Shown piece after piece: positions 48,591 to 59,149 of a DNA stretch of 64,000 nucleotides; the first letter of the stretch is position 1; every line of letters begins with the position of its first letter. The notes under the pieces are model-generated. The model had not been told where the DNA came from. It ran no database searches and saw nothing but the letters and a program-made list of their open reading frames with translations. The position numbers and the translations under genes were made by a program. Location of the stretch: assembly GCA_002269645.1 (NCBI GenBank), contig NIVC01003148.1, positions 1-64,000 of the forward strand, read 5' to 3'. This DNA comes from Macrostomum lignano. Taxonomy: Eukaryota.

Positions 48591-50864
48591 CGTACATACA
48601 CCTTTTTTACCAGCAGGATAACAGCTTTTATTTAGCTGACATCGCTCCCACTCACAAAAAATGATTATATGGCTATTCCTCGGAATTTTTGGATTCCTGA
48701 ATACAGCTGAATACAGCTACAGCAATACATCACGAAGGTGTCTGTATTTTTCTTTGGGAAGATTTATGAGCTTGGCTAGCTGCATCATCAAAGCTAGTTT
48801 TCTGTAAAAGGCAAACATTCTTTTGGATTGCATAATTTACATGAAAAGACTCTATAAATACATTTACACAATTGCACATTGCAAGACTTTAATACTTTTA
48901 CTAATCTATTATGATAAAAATTTTAGGAAGTTTTGCTAAAATATCAGTATTTACTGATTCTTGAGTGTTTGTTTCACTAACAAATGAAATGAATATTACA
49001 TCTTATATTGTTTGGGCAAATGATTATTATCTAATTTGTTTAAACTGTCAAAATTCGAAATGAAAATTCTAATTTTCGCTTTCGCATAGGTTTGTGTAAA
49101 ATTGTCCTTTTATCTTTCTTTTCAAAGTTAGGCTTTAGTTAGATAGGCCTTTTAGCAATTATTTGTTGCCGATTTTATTTCATATAGTAGTTGATATACC
49201 TTGTCGCTCAACAATTGGCTGACTATAGTTATTGTAATTGACATTTTATATGGCCCAGTAGGCCAACCTACCCACTATGCCCTATACTGGCTATAGGCAT
49301 AGGCCTGCCTTCTTGGCTTTAACTAGATCTAGAAGTTTTTTAGGGGGCTAATATTATAGTCATATGGGCTTAGTATAATACTGATACTGACTCAGAATAT
49401 AAATATAGATAAAATTTTAAAACTGACTTTTGTGAGTTGTGACTTAAGAATTATTGTCTTGATCTGCATAATGGTTAGTAGGCTTATATTTATAGGAAAA
49501 ATCATCTGGCCTCCCTTATCTAACCTTGACCTTGTTTACAGTTTTGCCTTTTAGCTTCTGTTTTTAATCTTCAGTTTTAGATTTAATGTCATTGTAAAAA
49601 GTGCAAGAAATGCTTCAGAGTAAAAATAGGCCCCCCTACTTTGTTTTTTTACTTTTAGTTTTAGACAGCTGGACTAGAATTATCCAGGCTATGTTATTAA
49701 TTTTGATTGCACATTTTTGACTTTTATTATTGATAATAGATTAATAGTAATCATATTGTTTTATTAAGTCTTAGGATATATGTTGATTAGGCCCTATTGT
49801 AATTATAATCATTCTAATAAATTGTCGTTTGCTTATTAGAAATATAATATAAGCCTAGTCAGTTTTTAATTATAAGCCTAGAAGTATTTAGACTTAAAAT
49901 TTTATTTTTAGTTTATAGAATATTTTTATTTTTAGTAATTTGATGATTTAGATTTTAAGATCAGAAAATTAAGCAATTTATAATAAAAAAATATTTAAGT
50001 ATATTTATGAACTATGTAATGTTGTATTATTGGTCTATTAAGGACAAGGCCTAAATTAAATTTTTATTTAAAAGCAAAGTAATATTTTTGTTTGGAATAT
50101 ATTTAGATTTCAATACTTTCTACATTTTATAATATCTATATCTATACATCTATAGATACATCTATATATACATCTATAAAAATATTTTAAAGACTTATTT
50201 ATTACATTCAAAAAAAGATTGCTATTAGTCTCAAAATAGTAATTATATTATAAAGTGCATTTACTTGGCATTTCTTTAGATTAAGAACTATTACCTGGGT
50301 AAAACTTACATGGTTTAATTTTTTTGTGAAATATCCAATTATTCATATTCACTTAAATTTCCATTTCAGCTACCATCTACAAATGTCATCATCTATATTA
50401 AAAAACCTGCTGAAAACAATAAAGATTTGTTAGCTGTATAATTGTACATTTTTTTACTAATTTTGTTCAAAAAAATTGGCACCTGACTAAGCAATTTATT
50501 TTTTATGCTGCTTTTTCTTTGTCTTGCATTTTTCTGCCTGTGATCATCTGAATAATTTGTTAAGTTGCAACTTTTATGTGCATCAATACTTTGAATACAA
50601 TATAACAGTACACTTAACAATTATTTTGAAGCTCCTATTGCTTGTTGAATTTTTTCTTTAACAAGTGAAATTCTGTATGATGGAATTATTTTTTGTTCTT
50701 TGTAACTTTTGCAAGTCCATGGTATGAGTTATCAACATTTTGCCAAGTGCTCTATAGATAAATTAGATATTTAATACATTCACACTTGGAACCATATACT
50801 TTCTAGTAAATAAGTCACCTAAATCAATTTGAAATGTGATAAGTATTTATAGCTCTTGTGAACA

Positions 50865-51470
50865 TTGCATACTTGGAAAGTACTTGAGAAGTGACTTGAG
50901 AAAACATTGCATACTTGGAAAGTTCTAGAGAAGTGACTTAAGAAAACATAGCATACATGGAAAGTACTAGAGAAGTGACTTAAGAAAACATAGCATACTT
51001 GGAAAGTACTAGAGAAGTGACTTAAGAAAACATAGCATACTTGGAAAGTACTAGAGAAGTGACTTAAGAAAACATAGCATACTTGGAAAGTACTAGAGAA
51101 GTGACTTAAGAAAACATAGCATACTTGGAAAGTACTAGAGAAGTGACTTAAGAAAACATAGCATACTTGGAAAGTACTAGAGAAGTGACTTAAGAAAACA
51201 TAGCATACTTGGAAAGTACTTGAGAAGTGACTGGAGAAAACATAACATATTTGGAAAGTACTTGAGAAGTGACTGGAGAAAACATTGCATACTTGGAAAG
51301 TACTTGAGAAGTGACTGGAGAAAACATTACATACTTGGAAAGTACTTGAGAAGTGACTGGAGAAAACATTGCATACTTGGAAAGTACTTGAGAAGTGACT
51401 GGAGAAAACATTGCATACTTGGAAAGTACTTGAGAAGTGACTGGAGAAAACATTGCATACTTGGAAAGTT
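50865..51470. repeat. 42-bp tandem array (~14 copies, two subtypes)
   Basis: catacttggaaagtact(a/t)gagaagtgact(ta/gg)agaaaacat(a/t)g; the subtype switches at ~51210. Confidence 0.95.
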
Positions 51471-51589
51471 TATTGAGTGTACTTGGAAAACTTAGAAAGT
51501 ACTTAGGCGGTACTTGCCACGAGGTTGCATTGTTGACTTACCAAGTACTTAGCAAGTTTGGTTTGTTTTTTTTTCTCGGGGTTATTCAG

Positions 51590-52863
51590 TTATTCGCACT
51601 TTAACTTCATTACAATCGCCTTAGTCTGAGGCCACTTATTGCCTGTAACAAAAACGGATTGGTATGTAAACGGCGCATTGGTGTTCCTCTTCGTTACCAC
51701 TCCGTTGGGGTTCACTCTTAAGCAGCTGCCAAACCAAAATCCGCCAAAGCCAAACACTCGAGAGCAAGACATTTTTGGATTTGTATCGTGATCCCTGTCG
51801 TAGGTGCTAAATTGCTGCTCATTGTGCACCCTGACGAAACCGTCAATAGTTGAGCCCGCTTTCTTATCGCCCACTCGAAGTCGGTAGTTCTGGTCGGCGC
51901 TCAAGACCTGGAATCGGCCATATTCACCCCAGTACTTCTTCTTGTCCAAACCTTCGGCTTCAATTCTCAGTCGACAAAGTGTAGTCTCGGGATTGCGCCA
52001 AGTAACATCGGTTTCTTTGGTCGCAGTGATGGCGAAAAGACTCTCCAGTCCTGCAGTATGGAAGCATGGTAAGCGATTTTAAAACTGCAGAATCAGCTAG
52101 CCTTGATAAAGCAGCTGTTATAGTCTGAGATTATTCTAAGAGTACACACCGATCCAAAAATTGGACTTTGGATGTCCGAATCCCTTGACGTAGTCGTCCC
52201 AATTTTTCTTGAATGACAAATCGCCATTAACCTGTCGCTGAATGACAAACCATCGGCCTCTGTAGCAGTCCTTGAGATTCAATGGAGTCAAACTTGCTTG
52301 CGCTTCGAACATCACCGCAGAGCTAGCTACCTCTCCGATCAGGTTAAATTGCACTGCCTGCTGAAGAGACCACGGATTGCTCACGAGTTCATCTCGCAGT
52401 CCTGAGCACCTCTGGTAAGTGTCGCATAGGAACAAAAGTTTCCAGCTGCCACGCTTGCTGGTTGTAATCACAGTCAGCTTCGAACTCTTACTCGCGAGTG
52501 CCGCGTTCAACTTGACGTCAACCTGAGAAACGATGACTCGACCAATTTTTTTCCGCGGCCCATGGTACTCTTTAGAACAGGAGTTTTCACTTGAAACGGT
52601 ACAGACAACTGATACTTCAGGTAAAGACGGTTATACCTGAGGGTGCTGCAAGACCCACCGAGCTTGACTCTCGGTTCGGCCACTTGAACGCCTCTTCCCA
52701 ACTCGAATACCCGCAGCTTCAAGCCTTTTATAGTGGTCGTGCCAACGATTTCCTTGAAAGAGTAGCTAGAATGCGGATCATTCTGGCAGCTACACGTCAT
52801 CAGAGTTGGACAACAGCCGATCACGAGCAGAAGTGCTGCAATTACTCTAAGTTTTAATTCCAT
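51590..52863 (-). CDS. Secreted fibrinogen-related domain (FReD) protein, 3 exons (52863-52637, 52589-52150, 52050-51590)
   Basis: Signal peptide MELKLRVIAALLLVIGCC; WFVIQRQVNGDLSFKKNWDDYVKGFG...FWIG|LESL, FSTYDRDHD, C...GGFWFGSC...NPNG. GT-AG introns of 47 nt and 99 nt restore the frame. Confidence 0.85.
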
Positions 52864-54472
52864 GCTAGAATCTGTTCGCTATTTTAAGATTTCGGACGAT
52901 TTCTTCCTGTCAAAATAATGGTAAACTACTTTTTTGAGCTTTTTACAGTTGGCTTCCGCATGGCTTGCCACGACAGGAGTTTATATAAACAGTTTAATGC
53001 GGCAGTTTATCCGGGTTTTATCCATTACACCTGTATCCTTCTACGGAGGTGAGGGTAGATTAGCTAGGGTTTTTGCTTTCGTTGAGTTTTAAGAATAAGC
53101 GAGTGCAGTCATTGAGTATTTTTTTCAGATGCGCCCGCAGCTTCTCTCCTCCTTCAGATCCTGGATTGTGCACGCGCTGCGTTCATTACTCCTTTTGTCT
53201 CGACGGTCAGCTCGACTGGTTCGCTCAACTCGCCGCCTCGCTCCTGTCTTCTGTCTGGAATGGTCGGTGGCTGCTATTGTCTTCTCTCGTTCTGTTGCCT
53301 TCCATTTTGGGCACTTTTCTTACCTATTCGCTTCATATTTTTGTATATGCTCATACTCTACTCTGGCCCCGCCTCGCTTACCACTCCTCGGCTTTGCTTC
53401 TTGATGCGCCTCATTCTTGCGGATTTCTAAGCCTTCTATATCCTTCATAATGACAAGAGGCCCGCTGCCGCCCCCGAGTTTTGTTGAGCAAACTGCTTTT
53501 TCATTGGAAACTAACTTCTGTGCGTGCTTTAGCTGGACATTGGTCGTTTTTCTTTCCAGGTGGACGTTACGCTCGTAAATTTTAAAAAAAATACTGTTAA
53601 GGCAAACAAACTGCCGACTTTATTTGCAATTGTATAACGTCTTCACTTTGACAACAACAAAAAAAACAACTGAGTACGCTGTTAGTTCGCAAAAGCAGCG
53701 TCAGATGGCGCGCTTCGAAGCTTGGGCGCGAACAAAGGCCGCACCGCCGGCAGAGTCCGGGGCGCCGGCGTGAGCCAGCAGACAGTCGACGCTGCGAGAG
53801 TTGTACGAGACGCACGCGTGACCGTCCTCCGTGAACACAAAGTTTGTGAGTCGATTTTAACAGAAATTAAGTCTGTTGAAGATCTTGATCTCCTTGATGT
53901 GAGTCAGTTTCTCAGTCTAGGCCATCCAACAGCATTTCGGCAGCTTTGTGTGAGAACACAAGTATCTCCAGTAGTACTGGTTGGTGTTTCTATCGATGGC
54001 TCTACAGACACCCTCCTTCCAGCCAATAGAGCTCTAAGAGCACTGGCTTCGAGGCAGCATATCTGCAACCGTTACATGTACAGGTAAGACAAACTATCTA
54101 GGGAGTAAACAACAGAGAAAACAGAGACATGAGCTTCTTCGAGACTGACCGGCTCTCTTCCTTAGCTTGGTGTACTCTCCGAACACTTCGACCTTGCACA
54201 GAGTGAGCCACTTCAGATTGGTCCTGATGATGACATTCTGCATCTGCATGATTGATCTTGTCGCACTTGAATCTCTTCACTGAGAAGAACGGCCTTCAGC
54301 CTACCGATTTCAGAGCCGCTGGGCAGCCTCTCGATGCAAAGGGAAGAAGGCCAGCTCTGGGTTTCAGTCTCTTTGTTTGTTTTGGGAGCCAACTTTAAGT
54401 CAATTCAAGCTAATTTTTCGTATCTGGTTCAAGAATAAGTTTTATTAGGTGATATGACGTGACTATAATATA

Positions 54473-55175
54473 CCTTTTTACGTTCTATTTGATAAAAACT
54501 GCAACCAATTTGGCCACGGCTTAGCCTGACCATAGACATAGAATTTTCCATAGACAGCCACCGCTAGCGGCAACCAATTTGGTAAAAACTGCGAGCTATT
54601 TTGCCAGCTTGAAGATAGCAGCTGCTCTGATGGCGAATCGTGGGCCGTACCAAAAGATAAGTCAGCTGGATCGAGAGCGAATCGTGAGAGCGTACAGGAG
54701 TGGCGACGACTGGGGAGAGCTTGGCAGAATGATGGGGATGAAGAAACCGACAGTGAGGAACATCGTGACCACGTATGAACGAACTGGTAGAGTTGGCACT
54801 CTGCCAAAAGGAGGAGTGAAGAGGATGGCGCTGACGGAGGCTATGGTGGACACCATTGTTCAATTCGTCGAAGGTCAACCTACTGCCTCTCACGCCTCTC
54901 AAGTGCCTGCGCTGGATCAACTATTCCCAGACGTACTTCAATCGGTGCTTGAATGCTGAGGACATAATGTTCTGACTTCGTCCATGTATTGTTAACATTC
55001 TTTATCGTTATTGTTATGCTATTGAGCTGCTATCTTCAAGCTGGCAAAATAGCTCGCAGTTTTTACCAAATTGGTTGCCGCTAGCGGTGGCTGTCTATGG
55101 AAAATTGCTGCGGCTGCGTCAGGCTGAGCCGTGGCCAAATTGGTTGCAGTTTTTATCAAATAGAACGTAAAAAGG
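54473..55175 (+). mobile_element. Internally deleted IS630/Tc1-like element with ~150-bp TIRs, retaining only the HTH-coding 5' end
   Basis: 54473-~54624 is inverted at ~55024-55175; ORF from ATG 54630 MANRGPYQKISQLDRERIV...PKGG breaks off before any DDE domain. Confidence 0.8.
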
Positions 55176-56633
55176 AATATTGATATTATTTTAATTGCAT
55201 ATGCAGTTTGACGCGTTTTGTTTTATCTATGGACTAAATGAAGCTGCAAAACAGGCTTAGGTTAAAAGCCCGCTGTGAGAATGTGAAATAAAGAGAAATA
55301 AGAGCAAGACTAAGAACCTTGGAGCCGCGGAAACGTCTGCCAGGATATCAGCACTAATAATTAATGCCTTAAGTATATTGAAGACTTTAAGTAACCTGAA
55401 AACATAACATTAGGTAAATTTTAAAAGAATGAGACAAAATGACCACAGTGCTCGAGTTGATAGGAAATGCGTGCAATTAGTGTTGCACGTGAAATCTTTG
55501 TGCAACGCTGAATCGTGTGGTCGACTTAAATTTCGAATATTTAAATTTAAAATCTCTTAAAATTGAATATTCAGATGAATGACTCAAGTCTCAATCGCTA
55601 CGAATTGTACAGTTTCAGTACAGTTTCTTACAGCGCATAAAATTTAGTAAATGCCTCGGGTTGATTGGATGAATCCTAATTTCTTTAATATGCTAAAGAA
55701 AGGTGTCCATAATTAAGAAGTGGTATCATTGTTTCAGTGAGCCGATCATAAGAAAATTCAATATTCAGTGAAATTTTGAACTTTTAAGAGTCACAGAGGG
55801 CCAAATAAATGTCAGGTTAGACTGCCCTGAGACCGTTAGAGACATTCTAATTTTTTGTCAGTAGTTTTACGATGAATATGCAGTCACAGCTAGTGGTAGG
55901 AGAAAGAGAAAGCAATGGGCCTAATGAGAAGTGGTGCAACTGATTATAGCAAGCTATTCTCAAATGATGCGATATTTTAAAACGCAAAATTCGCATCGCT
56001 GAATGTCGGATTAAAAAAGACTTGGATTGTCTTTTGATTGGCTTGGCGGTGTAAAGTGAGGTAGGTAATGAGCTCAGGGTGTGGGACTGGGATAAGCTTG
56101 GACCATTTGGCGTGTTTAAGCAGAGTTGAAGAATTGCTTCAATTTTTTCTGCAGCGATGAAACTTGAATAAGTCGCAGCAGTTTTATGCGAGGAGTAGCT
56201 CTTTAGAAAATCTTTCGAGTGCGTCCTCCCACGAACAGGTGTGGGCCCTTTTCAAGCCACTATTTTCACATTTTTTATCGGAATTTTTTACACAGTTGCG
56301 CCGCTCAGGTAGAGTGGTGACAACAGGTGCTACAATTAGAAAGATAGCGACTCCCTTCAGGCATTCGATTTTTTAGAAGTGAAGGCGCATCGATAAAAGA
56401 CTCAACTGTCTTAACACGGAGTCCGCCGGGTATCCCAGAAAGTGTGTTCTATATTTCCGGAAATATTACAACTATCAAGACCAAAATGAAAGCTTTTCAC
56501 GCTGTCCAATGGTTTCTACTTTACGCAACAGGTGAGCCAATAAAACTCGAAATAAATTCTTCGATAATCGATCACATTGGTACGAGCGTATCTAGATATA
56601 CGTTACGTACTTATTATTACGTACATATCTAAT

Positions 56634-58589
56634 TGTTGTACCTGTGCTTCTCCTGCTGTCTAGCACAGTGATTCGGTTCTCCGTCTTCTCACTCGGAAGC
56701 CTTCTCAACTCTTAGTAGCGTAGGTAGTGCTGTCACAAGTTCCTTCAGGTCTCGGCCTTCGATGAGGTAAACTTCCTGTTGGAACGAAATAATGAAGTCA
56801 ACGAATACGGCACCGGGTGCAGATTTGCAGCTCAACGTACTAGGCGTCTCGTCAGCCGTATCTGCCGGGCTTGGTTGGTAGGGGGAGGCCTGAGTTAGCC
56901 TCTCGTAGTCTCGAAGCTGGGCTTTAGTAGGGTCTCAGTCAGACCAATAATAACAGATTCAATGTACGCAGAGGGGCGCTCAGTTCAGACACTATCGCAC
57001 ACGGGACTGGGCAGTCGGAACTCAAGAAACTTAGAGCTCGGGAACCTCGAAACTCGGGAAGAACAGGGTCGTTTCACAAACCCTAATTTTCACAACGTCG
57101 AAACCAGAACCTTTCATAAGACCTATATTTCATAAACCCTAATTTTCACAACGTCGAAAATAAGCAATGCAGCAGATTTCACAAGACCTAAATTTCACAA
57201 GCCCTAAATTTCATAACACCTAAAAGGCATGCACAGATTTTCAAAAGCCCTAAATTTCACTATCTCTAAATTTCACAAACCCTAAATTTCACAAACCCTA
57301 AATATCACAACGTCGAAAATTAAATTTGCTTCTATTTTCAGAAGCTCTAAATTTCACAAGCTCTAAATTTCACAACGCCTAAAAACACTATGAAGATACA
57401 ATCTTTCACAATACCTAAATTTCACAACGCCTAAAAACACTATGGAGATACAATCTTTCACAAGACCTAAATTTGACAACGTCTAAAAGCCGTCTAAACG
57501 TCTAAACATCTAAATAGTGTTTTTAGGCGTTGTGAAATTTAGGTCTTGTGAAAGATTGTATCTCCATAGTGTTTTTCGACGTTGTGAAATTTAGAGCTTG
57601 TGAAATTTAGAGCTTGTGAAATTTAGAGCTTGTGAAATTTAGAGCTTGTGAAATTTAGAGCTTGTGAAATTTAGAGCTTATGAAACTTAGAGCTTGTGAA
57701 ATTTAGAGCTTATGAAATTCTGTGCACAACTTTTCGACGTTGTGAAAATTAGGTCTTATGAAAAGTATGGCTTGTGAAATTTAGGGCTTGTGAAATTTAT
57801 AGTTTATGCAGTCTTATGCAAGTTTTGTTTTCGACGTTGTGAAATTTAGAGCTTGTGAAATTTAGAGCTTATGAAATACTGTGCACAACTTTTCGACGAT
57901 GTGAAAATTAGGGTTTATGAAATTTAGAGCTTATGAAAGTTTGTGTCTTGCGACGTTGTGAAATTTAGGGCTTGTGAAAGCGACCCTTCTCCTTGACGGA
58001 AACAAGGGGGAGAGGGGTTATATTTATAGCCGGGAAACACCCACGCACAAGACCTCGTGACTCGTTCCATTTTTAGAACTGACATCACTTGAGGGTCTCG
58101 GGCAGGGTACTAGCGCCCGGAAGACCTCGTGACTCGTTCTATTTTTAGAACTGATGTCACTTGAAGGTCCCCCAGCAGAGTGCACATGGCTGTGGCTCTG
58201 TTGTTTTTTTAGCAACATGAGTCACTCCTCTCCTTAGAGAAGGGAGGAGTCCGAAAGCATGTGACTCTCCCGGTAAACAGGGCCAGCGAGTGCGGTAAAC
58301 ATGTTTACTGCACTTTAAGACTCGAAGAACGCAAGGACTGTCCTGTGACTAGCTCACAAGACAGAGAAAACGGGACAGAAACGAAACAGAAACGAAACAG
58401 AGACAGCCCACAGCCGAGAGGCTGAGGGCTGAGAACAGAGACGCAACCGGGCGGAAAAGGGGACGGGCAGCAACACACAGGCGGAAAAGGGGGGATGGAA
58501 GCTGACCAGCGGCAGACAGCAACCTAGGGCGAGGGCGAGGGAACAGCTGACAAGGGCGACGCCTAACCATAAACTAGCGGCTCACTACA
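56634..58589 (-). mobile_element. Solo LTR of a third family, interrupted by a foldback element
   Basis: TGTTGT...ACTACA termini, 4-bp TSD taat (56630-56633, 58590-58593); minus-strand CTATAAATA (~58021-58030) with TGACATCA/TGAGTCA sites upstream. Confidence 0.7.
57066..57986. mobile_element. Foldback-type element: short TIR plus inverted minisatellite arms
   Basis: gggtcgtttcacaa / ttgtgaaagcgaccc termini; the left half repeats ccctaaatttcacaa, the right half repeats the complement ttgtgaaatttagagc (18-bp period). No TSD found. Confidence 0.75.
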
Positions 58590-59149
58590 TAATGAAGCTG
58601 ATATAATCGCAGCTAAATTGACTCTGACGGAAGTTTTTAATCTAAAGAAAACTCCCTCATGCTTTTGTTTAAAAAGTAAAAAATGCGTTTTGATATGCTG
58701 TAACGCATACATTACAGCAGGCAGAGACGCAGTAAGCATGACTGGCCACTTGGAACAATAATAGTCTGTAAATATAATAATTGTTCAATTACGGCAAGCC
58801 TCGTAGTAGAACAAATAGCGAAGAAAGAAATTGAATGAAACAAAATTTACGAGCGTAGCAATTGGCGGACAGTGAAAGCTTACAAGTAAGCGGTCGTAAA
58901 AGTTGGAGGAGAGAGATAAGAGAGAGACAGAGAGTGAGAGATTGAGCCGAGGCGAGGGCCAGGCTGTATATTTAAAAAAGTAATAAACTGGACCTCTTTG
59001 TGCGCCACACGGATAGAGAGGCCTAAGTTATCTATTGTGTAGATGTTATTGGGGGCCACACTACAGGCAAAAAAGTACACAGAGGAAAGAGGAAATTGTT
59101 AATAATTGACAGTTTATTTGGCTAAATCTGACAATAATTGCGTTTCAGT

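Larger units (their letters stand above)
47784..51581. mobile_element. Non-autonomous CCC...GGG-ended DNA element (CMC/EnSpm- or Harbinger-like) with subterminal tandem arrays and an AT-rich core
   Basis: Left cccgggaaaaaaaacatgccaaactttccaagt vs reverse complement of the right end ccccgagaaaaaaaaacaaaccaaacttgctaagt; TTA on both flanks; homologous inverted arrays inside each end. Confidence 0.65.

Noticed and set aside
47747-51495. Short ORFs in the 82-bp and 42-bp arrays
   Set aside because: Repeat-derived; no evidence of coding function.
53073-54400. Short ORFs between the FReD gene and the Tc1-like element
   Set aside because: No recognisable motifs or consistent splice model.
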